Positions 14,290 through 25,312 of a stretch of DNA of 64,000 nucleotides are shown here, piece after piece. The stretch lies in the NCBI GenBank assembly GCA_002104945.1, contig MCFH01000067.1, positions 62,001 to 126,000 on the forward strand. Reading direction: 5' to 3'. The DNA is from Piromyces finnis finn (Eukaryota > Fungi > Neocallimastigomycota). Made by a program: the position numbers and the translations under genes. The notes under the pieces are model-generated. The model searched no databases. It was not told the DNA's origin and saw only the letters and a list, made by a program, of their open reading frames with translations. Position 1 is the first letter of the stretch. Each line of letters begins with the position of its first letter.

Positions 14290-15334
14290 TATTTTTATGT
14301 TCCTTCTTGGTGAAACAAACTCTTATCAATACTGCTGTTTTATGGAGTGTCAATAGCTTTCACAATAAAAGCCTTAATAACAAAGATTTTATTTTTGAAC
14401 GAAATTCATTTATTAGTCTGTATGCTCTTACAAGAGATATGAAGATTCCTACCCTTTCAGGTATTTGTGCTGCGCAACAAGTGAAATGTATTGTTAAATG
14501 GAGAAAATCAAATTGTATAATTAAAGATCTCGTCCGATCTATTCCTCCCATGTCTCATTACTCTTGGGCCAAAGAATCTTGTTCACTACCAAAGAAGCTT
14601 ATGAAAATAAATATTAAAAGTACTAAAGATATTAGAGAACACTATTGGAATAATAGTAGCCTAAATAATGGAAGTAAAAACCCTCAGATATACTAACAAA
14701 AAATTCCTTAATTCAAATCGCCTAATGCATATCGGTCTCAACAAACCTCACTTAAATTTAGGAACAAAGACATTTAAATGAACAGCTGTACAGTTCATCG
14801 GGGTCTCATGTTCCATAGGTAGAGAGTCTCGCGGCTTTTCTTACTAAAACAATCCCTATCATTAGTAGCTCTATGAAGCTACTTTTTGATAGGTTTAGTA
14901 AGACACCTAACGTCATCAAGAGCGCCGACGTTGTACCGATATGGCAAAGGAGCATTCTCAGTGTTCCGTACACAGAGTTCAATGTTAATATTTCCTCAAA
15001 TTCGAATGAAAACATTACCAACTCATGGGAGAGTTTAGTGGACATCACACTATCATACCTGATGTTACTTCTTTTTTTTTATTTCATTTAATTTATTAGG
15101 TAGAGACCAATCCCACACAGTACAAATTGCAGAGTTCATTGAACTTTTATGCAACTTAAATAATTATTTTATATTATTTTATATTTATATTTTTATTTAT
15201 ATATATTTTATTATTTTTATTTATTATTTATTATATCAATATGTATTATCACCTAATATGTAATATCACAAATTAAATAAATAAAGGATGTTTATTCTCT
15301 TCCTAGTCTAAAAAAAAAAAAAAAAAAAAAAAAA
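14290..15334 (+). mobile_element. LINE family 2 fragment (copy B'), poly-A 15310-15334; inverted duplicate of 8996-10124 including flanking ankyrin DNA (14190-15315)
   Basis: ORFs 14307-14696 and 9619-10008 are identical in translation. The small ORFs of the two copies differ by a few substitutions. Confidence 0.9.
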
Positions 15335-15680
15335 CTATTGTCCATATTGCAAGTGTGGTGGTATTCAAAGTATTAAGTGTTGGTTATTAGATTGTCCAAC
15401 ATTTAGAAATATCCGTATTAAACATTACAATTCCATAGTTCAGCTATTAGATTTTTTCAGTCAATGTAATTCCAACAGTCCTATCAATAATGAAAATGTT
15501 AATATCAGTAGAGATAGCAATAATATTAATAGTATTAGTAATAATAGTAATAATAGTAATAATTATAATAATAATATTATTAATAATAATTTTAATAATA
15601 GTAGTAGTAATATTAATAGTAGTGGTAATAATAGTATTAACAGCAATAGTAAAAATAATAAATCTAATTTAAATAGTGTA
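15335..15680 (+). mobile_element. Degenerate LINE family 1 fragment (zinc finger plus N/S-rich tract)
   Basis: tattgtccatattgcaagtgtgg...ttattagattgtccaacatttagaaatatccgtatt matches the CPCCKCG...WLLDCPTFRDIRIK region. Confidence 0.85.
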
Positions 15681-16694
15681 TAGAGTTGGTATAATTTGTG
15701 TAATTTTTTAAGTACTTAAATAGTGAAATTATCTAAAGGTAAATATGTTTTATTATATAGTATATATAAACTAAACTATATAATAAAACATTTTACAGAT
15801 GGTATATAAAATTATATTATTATATATAAATGATATAAAAGAGTTATTTATATGACTGCATAATAATAAAAAATTAAATGGTAAAAGATTATATCACAAA
15901 AATAGAAATTGTTTGTTTTTTAATATTTATGTTTAGTAATAAATCCTTTTTTTTTTTTTTAAAAAAATTTATCCTTGGTTAATACTCTTCTTTATTTTAT
16001 AATTTTTTTAATAAATTTTATACCATTAAAAATTTTAACAATAATTTAATATAACTTTATCGAACCTAAATAATTTAGTTTTCATAAGAATGTATTAGCT
16101 TATTTATTTCCATTAGAAAAATATATCAAATAATAAAATTTAAAGCAATTGCTAAAAAAAATGATAGTTGTAATTAATAATTTTATTTTTAATTCAAAGA
16201 AACATTAATAAAAATAAAATAATAAATTTATATTAATAGATTATATTAGTATAAGTTTTGTTTAATAAAGTAAAGGAATAAAAGTAAAATAAAATAAAAA
16301 AAAAAAAAGGAAAATTAACTAATAAAAATAAAAAAATAATAATATAAAAATTGAAACAACAACAATAAAACAGTAATAAAAACAAATATGTCATTAATAT
16401 TCAATGTAAAACAAAAAGAATTCCCTTTTTTTATTGCACTAAAAAAGCTAAAGAAGAAGTATTAAAAAATAAGAATATAAATATAAATAAACTTTTACAA
16501 TTTTTTTGACTTTTACTTGAAAAAAATTATATTTTGTGTTTTTATTTTTATTCTATGTATCTATATCTATTGCATAATAGTAATAGTTCTAGAGTCAACC
16601 ATAGTTATTTGTTTTATATTAATAGCAATATTTTAACATCTTTGGTTGGTCCTACTTTTTTTTTTATAAAGATGAATGTTTAAAATAACAATAT

Positions 16695-17623
16695 TGATAT
16701 AAAAATAATATGTGACTTGAACATATTATTATATTAGTAATTTTTCCTAATATTAAATTTATATATTAATTATTTCTATAATGTATAAGATATAATGTAA
16801 TGTACGACAAATGTAATATCATGTAATGTAAAAGAATATTGTAAATGAATGATCCATATAGTTCCAGCCTTATAATTGGACAATTAATTATTAAGTAAGC
16901 CTCATTAGTATAAATAGACTAGAATAAATATTATTAAAAAGGGCTTCTTGTTTTAGTTAGAATTTTAATATTTGACAACGACCGTTTTAGTATGTAGACA
17001 GAATAGAAATATTGGAACGTTATAAATAAAATTATTAATAAAATATATATTAATTAAAGTTTAATTCTTTCTACATAAAATTAACCCGTATCAATATGAA
17101 TGTCATGTGCATACATTTATTAATATAATATATATTAAATTTATATTTTACATAAATTTATATTATTACCATAAATAATGTTAAATAAATATAAAATATA
17201 TATTTTATGATATCATGTGTATATAGAATTGGTACGAGTTTATTTTTTGTAGAAAGAATTTAACTTTAAATAATATATGTTTTATTAATAATTTTATTAA
17301 TTATGTTCCAATATTTCTATTCTATCTAAATACTAAAACGTTAATTCTGTCGTTGTCGTTGTTAACATTAAAACTTTAAAACAAGAAGCCTTCTTAATAA
17401 TTATTCCCTAGTCTATTTATTCTAATGAGGCTTAATAGATTATACGTTTACATTATTCTTTTACACTACATGATCTTACATTGGTCATACATTTACATTT
17501 CCATTCTTATACATTGTAGAAATAATTAATATTATAATAAAAACAAAAACTATATAAATTTAATATTAGGAAAAATTTACTAATTTAATAATAAGTTCAA
17601 AGTCACCTATTATTTTTATATCA
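16695..17623. mobile_element. Fold-back/MITE-like imperfect palindrome with about 400-bp arms and a short spacer
   Basis: tgatataaaaataata...gcctcattagtataaatagactag...ggcttcttg...gaatagaaatattggaac is mirrored by gttccaatatttctattc...caagaagcc...ctagtctatttattctaatgaggc...tattatttttatatca. Confidence 0.75.
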
Positions 17624-18193
17624 TTATATCAGAATTAATTAGGGAAAATAGAAATATCATATATAAAATTTCAACATTTGATATTTGTTCTTTTGAGCAT
17701 ACTTTTAAGTAACATTGATAAAATTAACATTATATTAAACTCATAATTATTTTAATAGTCAATTATTAGTATATATTATTTTTTAAAAAAAAAAAAAAAA
17801 ACTTAGCAAAGAAAACTTTCATTTTCACTTTCTTCGTGGGTATAATAAATTATAAATTTACATTGGGTTAATTCTATACTTAAATTATACCAAAAAAAAA
17901 AAGAAAAAAAAATAAATAAAATTTATTATAAATAAATATAAAATAAAAAAAAAAAAAAAGCTTTTTTGTAAACTATTTAATTAAATGATTTATTAATAGA
18001 TCTTTCATAATAAACTATTATATTTTAATCATAAAAATAAATTTGGATAAAATAAAAAAATATAAAATAAAATAATAAAAAAAATATAAATCTAATTATC
18101 ATAATCATTATTAGTATTATTATCATTATCAATTATAGCATACATCATGTTTACTATGTCATTTTAGATTGAGGTCATAATAAAATTTGAAAA

Positions 18194-18430
18194 TTACAGA
18201 GAATCCCTTTGAACTTCAACAGTAACCTTTATGGTGAGATTTCCATAATTTATGCATTTTCCTTTATCACATTTTCCATATTTACTTTGACAACCTTGTT
18301 TAACAGAGCAATAACTGCTAGTAGTTCCACAGTATCCCTTGGCACTGCAACATTGGCCTTCAGGACATTTACCTATATTTTTACCACATCTAATTTCACA
18401 ACTACCTTTTTTGGTAGTATTATCACACAT
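18194..18430 (-). pseudogene. Orphan CBM18 (hevein-like chitin-binding) exon, a paralog of the last exon of the LRR-CBM18 gene
   Basis: CGKNIGKCPEGQCCSAKGYCGTTSSYCSVKQGCQSKYGKC. The block about 17840-18575 parallels about 31090-31856, but the upstream LRR exons are absent. Confidence 0.8.
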
Positions 18431-18580
18431 TCTTTAAATATTAAAATAATTTATTATAGAATATATCATATTTATATATATATAAAATAAAATACAAAAT
18501 TAATAAAATATAATACTATTTTATTATATGAATAAATCCTTTTTATATTAACTTACATATAGCTTCCACTTTGTAAAATT

Positions 18581-18991
18581 ATTTATTATAATTTAAATAT
18601 TAAAATAAAAATGTTATCATTATATAATATTATATATTTTTTTAATTATTTCTCTGTTATTAAATAGTAAGAAATATTACTTTTGATATCATTTGTTTTA
18701 ATACTACAACTATTATTATATTTATTATTTATTTATTATTCTTATTATTTATTATTTATTAATTAAATATTATTTAAATATTCAATTTTTATCTTCTTTT
18801 TTTTTTTCATTTCTTTATTTCTTTAACCAATCAAATTTCAATATTAAATTTCTTTCATTAATTAAAAAACTTCTTTAAAAAAAAAAGAAATTCTTTAAAT
18901 ACAGAAAAAAGAAATTCTTACAAAATCTTTCGAATGAATAAAATTTTAATTTATTATTATTTAATATTATTAGTATAAAAATGTAGTTACC
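18581..18991. repeat. 411-bp direct duplication, apparently identical to 34491-34901
   Basis: Matches read through at a constant offset of 15910. Confidence 0.9.
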
Positions 18992-19438
18992 TGAGATCTA
19001 AAAAGGCCAAATATGTCTCTTTATTATCTAATTGACGTCTACGGCATATTTCTTGGGTTGAAATGAAAAGATTAAAAATAGGATAATTAATAGAAGATTT
19101 AAAAATAATTATACTGAATAATATTATTTTATATAGATTAATTGAATTCTTTGTATATCAAATTATTCTAAATAATACATTTTTTTTTTTTTTTTTTTTT
19201 TAACGGCATCAAATATTTTAAACTTTATTATTAATTTAATTAAAATTATAATACATGTAATAAAAAATTAAAAATAAATAAAAATAAAAAAAATATGTTT
19301 AAATAAACACAAATGAATAAAAATTGGGTATAATGTATTCTAGTAATTTTAATTAAAGTAAGAAAGCCACTATCATACTAAAGTATAATAATTGTATTTG
19401 ACTTCCAATGGGACACCGAGCCAAAGATCAAAATTTTG

Positions 19439-22400
19439 TCATGGAACAAAATTATGATCTCCATTGGTTGCGCTGGCCCTCCTGGCCTGTCTTACTGTTT
19501 CTTCAGCATTGACGCTCTTGGATGTTGCTTCAAACCTTTTGAACATTGACCATTGCTGGCCAATAGCAAAAGGCATGATTTTGGTTAGAAGTTCCGCGGT
19601 TACCGTCAAGAATGGTGCTCCTTCATTAGTACCAGATTGAATCTGACGCTTACAAAGTTCTTTCCATTCCCTTGAATTGTAATTAATATTGTTAAAACTT
19701 CTTCCCCCAAGAAGGAATTTAAATATTTTACTGCACACACTAGAATAATCATACACATTAATATTCACCGGATTATTAGAACTATTACTATCATTAACTA
19801 AATTACTATCTAAATTAGAATTATTATCTTCACTATTGCTATCATTACTAATATTATTATTTCTATTATTGTTATTATTACTATTGTTACTATTACTATT
19901 GTTACTATTACTATTGTTACTATTACTATTAATGTTATTACTATCTCTACTGATATTATCAATTTCATTATTATTGATAGGACTATTGGAATTACGTTGA
20001 CTGAAAAAATTTAATAGCTGGACTATAGAATCATAATGTTTAATACGGATATCTCTAAATGTTGGACAATCTAATAACCAATGTTTAATACTTTGATCTC
20101 CACACTTGCAACATGGACAGTAGTTAGGACAAACTGGATCAACAAATTTGGCAGCTTTGGCAACTCTAGCATCCAACTTGTATCCGCTTCTTGCTTTCAA
20201 TAGCCAGTAGAAGCCATAGGCAAACTCTGGGTACTCATAACATAATTTAATAAAATCTTTAGTTTCAATAAATTTATTATCATCATAATATTGCGCTTTG
20301 ATTGAATTCCCTTTGAGATCTTTCCAATAAAAGTTTTTAACTGCTTTAACATCTCCATGTTTCTTTAATTTTTTATCAAGTGTCCTACTTGATTTGCACC
20401 ACGTGTATTTTCTAAATTTAGGAATGTAATTGACAAGGTGTGAGATAATACAATTTGAGTTTTTCCATTTGTTAAAACATCTAACCTGAGCTAACGCACA
20501 TTTGGCTGACAATGGAGGAATATTCAAATCTTTTGAAATAGAGTATAAAGATATAAACGATACAGCTTTATGAACTCCGGCAACCCATCGTATTCCTTTG
20601 TTAACATGCTTCTGAGCAATCCTAGACCTAGCTTTGTTGGATCCAAGTAATGGTGCAAAGTATGAAACTCTGCTAATCACTTGTGAGTTAAGTACTAGTT
20701 TTTTGAAAGGAATAGGAATATTAGGATTTCTTAAGAATTTACTGACTGAGAAAAGCCCTTTCAAAACCTTGTTATTAAGAGCTTTAATTACTGGTTTAAG
20801 GGACAGATTCTTATCAAATGGAACACCAAGATAAGTATAACAATCAGTAGTTGGAATGGGTTGTCCTGCTAAGTAAAATGTTGGATCTCTCTTGTTCTGA
20901 TTTTCTATTGATTCAGGACGAATCACCATCGTTGAACATTTCTGGATACCAAATTCCATTTCATTATACAATGCCCATTCATTAACTCTTCTAAGCATCT
21001 TTTTTAAGCATCCTCTTGTTGGAGCACAAATAACTATATCATCTGCAAAAAGTCCACCACAGCATCGAGTGTCACCTAAACTGACTCCTAGATCTTCGCA
21101 CTCTCTAAATATATCATTAATAAAGAGATTAAAGAGAATAGGAGAAAGAAGGCAACCTTGACGGACTCCTTTCTTCACATCAAAAGATTTCGAGAATTGT
21201 CCATCTAATTTGACATTAGCCTTAGATGTTAAATATAAATTTTTGATAAATTGTAGACTCTTACCTCGGATTCCTAAACAATCTAATTTATGGAGAATAT
21301 TACCGATTGGGACTGAATCGTATGCTTTCCTGAGATCTAAAAAGGCCAAATATGTCTCTTTATTATCTAATTGACGTCTACGGCATATTTCTTGGATTGA
21401 AATGAAAAGACTAATACTTTCTTCCTTTTTTCGAAAACCAAATTGTTCAGGTCTAATGAAATTATTCTTTAAACCATATTCTGAGATTCTAGTGGTGACA
21501 ATTTTGGAAATCAACTTAATACCATTATTGATAAGTGATATACCTCGATAGTTATCACAATCTGTCAAATCTCCCTTCTTAGGAATAGAAACAATACTGG
21601 ATTCATTCCATGAGTTGGGGAAGTCTCCATCCCAAATACGGTTAAATAATTTAAGAATAAAATTTAAACCATGAGCGTCATTATCTGAAGTGGTATTACC
21701 AGAAGAATTATTATCTGTAGCATTATTAGAATCATTACTTGATGGAATTAATGCTTTGTAAAATTCAATTGGAATACCATCCGGACCTGATGCTTTATAA
21801 TTTGGAGTAGAGAGGATAGCTGACTTGACTTCATCAATACTAATATCTTGGTTGATATTCCACTCATCAAGCATAGGAAGTGAAAAACGTTTATTCGTTG
21901 GTTCTTCATACCAATGCTCTAAATCAAGACTTACACCACTTGGATCTGATGCAAGGTTTTCGAAATGATCATGCCACACATCTAGTTGTTCTTCCGTAGC
22001 AACAACTAATTCTCCATTTTTATTTTTAATTGGTTGAGCAATAAAGAAAGAATCTTTTCCAATTTTTGCAGTTTTCTTGATCCATTTCCAGGCCTTCTTA
22101 GGATTATGACTCTTCATATACTCACATCCTGTTTTAATCCAATGAAGATATTCTTTCTTCCTAAATTCATTACATCTTTTGTGGATGTAATCAATGAGTT
22201 TACGGTAGATTTTAATTCTTTTAATAAATTCATCTATATCATAAATTCTTTCTTTTTTAAATCTCTTATACAACTTCATTTTGATTTTTTGAAGATTAAA
22301 AATTTGTTGTGAAATATGAAATGAAGACTCTATAACATTATTTGCTGAAGTAATACTGAGCTCGTCTGCAATTGAAAAAGCAGTTGAAGTAAACTCTTTG

Positions 22401-23947
22401 GAAAGTTCATCTGTAGAAACATTAGGATCGTTGGATTTTGCTGAAAGTATTTGGAATTTATTATGACTGAGAATAGATTCCTTTTCCTCAATACATTTTA
22501 ATCTATTCCATTTCAGAATTTTCTTAGGAACGTTAAAGTCATTAGAAAAATCTTCCATAGGAATAATTTTACCATTAATAAGAAGTGGCTTATGGTCTGA
22601 TACAGGATAAAAATTATTTATAAATGATCCTGAGTGAATAAGATCTTTCATCTTCGAATTGATAAGAGCATGGTCAATGTCGGAAGATTGATCACCTCGA
22701 GTCCAAGAGATAGTAGACCCTCTAAGCGGAAGAATTTCCCAATCTCCTAATCCATTAGTTGATAACCAGTTGGATAATTTTACTTTAGACATATTAAAAT
22801 CACCAACAAGAATCGATGGATGGGATGAATGAGTTTGTAACCACAAGCGAACTTCTAACTTTGCATGATCAACATAGATGTTGTGATGACTATGAGACAT
22901 ATAAACATTACCAATCGAGCATTTGAATCTATTCCAGAGACTAAAAGTATAAATAGAAATAATATACTTTCCAGAGAAGTTTTCAAGTGAGGCTTGACAT
23001 GAATTGTGAAAACCTAAATATAAACCTCTCATTCCTGGAACTGATTCGTCAGCTTTCTTGAAAAAGTGTCTATAGTTTCGCAAAGTAACACGACAAGGAT
23101 AATCTGTATTCGATCCAGAACCATTACCAGTTTCTTGGAAACATAAAAATAATGGTTTGAAAATAGCTGTGAAATAGCTAATACTATCTCTCTTTTCGTG
23201 ATTCCACCCATTGGTGTTCCAACTAAGACAAAAAGAAAAGTTATCAGGCTTGTTGGATGAGGAAGAATCGTTGCTATTATTATTATTATTAAAGTCATCG
23301 TTATTAATGGATGATGCATCAGAGGAATAAGTAGAACTATTACTAGATGGCTGTGAAACTGAAGAACTATCAACTATTGAACTGTTATCAGAGTTGATAG
23401 AGCTATTAGAATTAATTGTTGAATGTTGAGATTGAAATTGTGTTTGCTGTAGATCTGGAATATTTTCATGATTGGAAACTTGTTGAAGATCTTGTTGAAG
23501 ATCTAGTTGAAGATCGGATTGTTGATGAGATTGTTGAACTGATTGTTGAAATGATTGTTGAATAGAATGTTGATGTTTATTAGAAACTAAAATTTTACGT
23601 TTGAGAGTGGAAAAAGTGTATTTGTGATTCCTTCTACTACGAGCTGAAAAGGAAATTGAGGTAACTGAAAGTTTCTTCTTTAACATGTGTAAGATTTTAA
23701 TACAATCTTTCGATGAACCATGAACCTTGACTAAGAAAAAGTGATCATTGAAAGTCTGAAAATATTTAACACTAATAACTAAATTAAATTTATCTTCTAG
23801 AATAACCTCGAGTTTTTCCCATAGCATATTTACTGACCATGATCGAATACCACGGATAAAGAAGGAGCGAATATCATCTAAGGGGATACCATAAGACCGG
23901 GTACCACGTCTGATATAATTCTTGTCTTTAATATAAAGGACTGACAT
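19439..23947 (-). CDS. LINE polyprotein: N-terminal RRM-like region, APE endonuclease, reverse transcriptase, CCHC-type zinc finger, N/S-rich tail
   Basis: APE motifs SWNTNG, CFQET, VGDFN, IDHAL, SDHKP. RT motifs KASGPDGIP, YRGISL, QFGFR, DLRKAYDSV, GVRQGCLLSP, FADD. Zinc finger CPCC...HWLLDC. Confidence 0.95.
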   Translation of the reverse strand: MSVLYIKDKNYIRRGTRSYGIPLDDIRSFFIRGIRSWSVNMLWEKLEVILEDKFNLVISVKYFQTFNDHFFLVKVHGSSKDCIKILHMLKKKLSVTSISFSARSRRNHKYTFSTLKRKILVSNKHQHSIQQSFQQSVQQSHQQSDLQLDLQQDLQQVSNHENIPDLQQTQFQSQHSTINSNSSINSDNSSIVDSSSVSQPSSNSSTYSSDASSINNDDFNNNNNSNDSSSSNKPDNFSFCLSWNTNGWNHEKRDSISYFTAIFKPLFLCFQETGNGSGSNTDYPCRVTLRNYRHFFKKADESVPGMRGLYLGFHNSCQASLENFSGKYIISIYTFSLWNRFKCSIGNVYMSHSHHNIYVDHAKLEVRLWLQTHSSHPSILVGDFNMSKVKLSNWLSTNGLGDWEILPLRGSTISWTRGDQSSDIDHALINSKMKDLIHSGSFINNFYPVSDHKPLLINGKIIPMEDFSNDFNVPKKILKWNRLKCIEEKESILSHNKFQILSAKSNDPNVSTDELSKEFTSTAFSIADELSITSANNVIESSFHISQQIFNLQKIKMKLYKRFKKERIYDIDEFIKRIKIYRKLIDYIHKRCNEFRKKEYLHWIKTGCEYMKSHNPKKAWKWIKKTAKIGKDSFFIAQPIKNKNGELVVATEEQLDVWHDHFENLASDPSGVSLDLEHWYEEPTNKRFSLPMLDEWNINQDISIDEVKSAILSTPNYKASGPDGIPIEFYKALIPSSNDSNNATDNNSSGNTTSDNDAHGLNFILKLFNRIWDGDFPNSWNESSIVSIPKKGDLTDCDNYRGISLINNGIKLISKIVTTRISEYGLKNNFIRPEQFGFRKKEESISLFISIQEICRRRQLDNKETYLAFLDLRKAYDSVPIGNILHKLDCLGIRGKSLQFIKNLYLTSKANVKLDGQFSKSFDVKKGVRQGCLLSPILFNLFINDIFRECEDLGVSLGDTRCCGGLFADDIVICAPTRGCLKKMLRRVNEWALYNEMEFGIQKCSTMVIRPESIENQNKRDPTFYLAGQPIPTTDCYTYLGVPFDKNLSLKPVIKALNNKVLKGLFSVSKFLRNPNIPIPFKKLVLNSQVISRVSYFAPLLGSNKARSRIAQKHVNKGIRWVAGVHKAVSFISLYSISKDLNIPPLSAKCALAQVRCFNKWKNSNCIISHLVNYIPKFRKYTWCKSSRTLDKKLKKHGDVKAVKNFYWKDLKGNSIKAQYYDDNKFIETKDFIKLCYEYPEFAYGFYWLLKARSGYKLDARVAKAAKFVDPVCPNYCPCCKCGDQSIKHWLLDCPTFRDIRIKHYDSIVQLLNFFSQRNSNSPINNNEIDNISRDSNNINSNSNNSNSNNSNSNNSNNNNNRNNNISNDSNSEDNNSNLDSNLVNDSNSSNNPVNINVYDYSSVCSKIFKFLLGGRSFNNINYNSREWKELCKRQIQSGTNEGAPFLTVTAELLTKIMPFAIGQQWSMFKRFEATSKSVNAEETVRQARRASATNGDHNFVP

Positions 23948-24589
23948 GATAATAAATTCTAATTAAAAATATTGAATATAAAATAAATACTAATAAAAAT
24001 TATAAATATAACGTATATGGAAAAAAAATCTGTCTCTCTCTCTCTTCTTAAAAGTACTGGATAGTACAAAAATTGTTACGATGCTTTGTTTAGAGTTTCT
24101 TTTTTTGAATTCTAGTTGTAAATTTTCTTTAAAAATTCTAGTTTTGGTTTGTTGTTAGTAAATTCGAATCGCTTTTTGACACTAAACTTGTTTGACTTAC
24201 TTTTCATTAAATATTTAAATTGGTAAAAAATTTGAATCAAGAATGTCGACACCAGAAAGCTTGTGAATAGTATTTTTACATGATGTAGAGTGAATCAGTC
24301 TCTTACAAGAAACAATACAACAATAGCTACATGAATATAAAAATACAATGCAAATGCTAAAGTTGACTACATTGGATTCTTACAAGAGAAGAGTAGTACT
24401 ACATGAATACATGAATAAAAGAAAAAATACAGCAACAAAATGTATTACTCTTCTAATTAAATACTATACAAACTTACCTGAATATCAAACATTCAACTTA
24501 TTCATCAAATACTTAATTCGATGAATAAAATGTTTTTTAATCGCTCAGTACCATGAGCTTAGTCCTAATAATTTTCCCTTAAAGACTAA

Positions 24590-24835
24590 CCAAGCATCCA
24601 TTGCGCAATGCTTGGATTTAATTCTTTCTACTCTCTCAGTACCATGAGCATGAGTAGACTCCCTTGATAAACTACGTTTATTAAATAAATGAAGGCACGT
24701 TTCCAAGAGGGCACCAAGCATCCATTGCGCGATACTTGGATTTAATTCTTTCTACTCTCTCAGTACCATGAGCATGAGTAGACCCCCTTGAGAAACTACA
24801 TTTATTAAATAAATGAAGGCACGTTCCCAAGAGGG
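24590..24835 (-). promoter_or_regulatory. Two tandem 124-bp monomers forming the LINE 5' end (putative internal promoter or structured RNA)
   Basis: ccaagcatccattgcg...ccaagaggg starts at 24590 and at 24714. Each monomer contains hairpins. Confidence 0.7.
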
Positions 24836-25312
24836 TCTAAATAATACATATCTTCTTTTATTTTACTCTAAAAAAAAAAAAAAAAAAAAACAACACATTA
24901 CAATTATAATAATATAAAAAAGTATAAAACCTTTTTAAAAGATTTTATAAACAATAACTTTTTAATTGAACTTTATATCTACTTTTACTTTTATTTTCTT
25001 TTTTTAAATTTTTTTACATTGTTGCATTTTTTGTAATATTTTTAAAATTTAAATTATAAATTATTTTTATCAACTTTTAAAAAACAAAAAGTCAATGTTT
25101 ATTCATAGGTTTTTTAATTTTTATCTTTATTTTTTTATTAAATATTTATTTTTAAAATTTAATTAAAAAATAAAAAAAAAAACTACTTAATAAATGATCT
25201 ATAATTATACTTTTTTGTGTATTTTCTTATTTCTTTACATTTTTATTATACTATTAGTATTAGTTATTCTATAATACAAGAACATTTTTTAAATGGCTAT
25301 ACAATTTAAAAC

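Larger units (their letters stand above)
19181..24835 (-). mobile_element. Full-length non-LTR retrotransposon (LINE family 1) with poly-A and 14-bp TSD
   Basis: TSD tctaaataatacat at 19167-19180 and 24836-24849. T-run 19181-19201. One long ORF. Confidence 0.95.
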
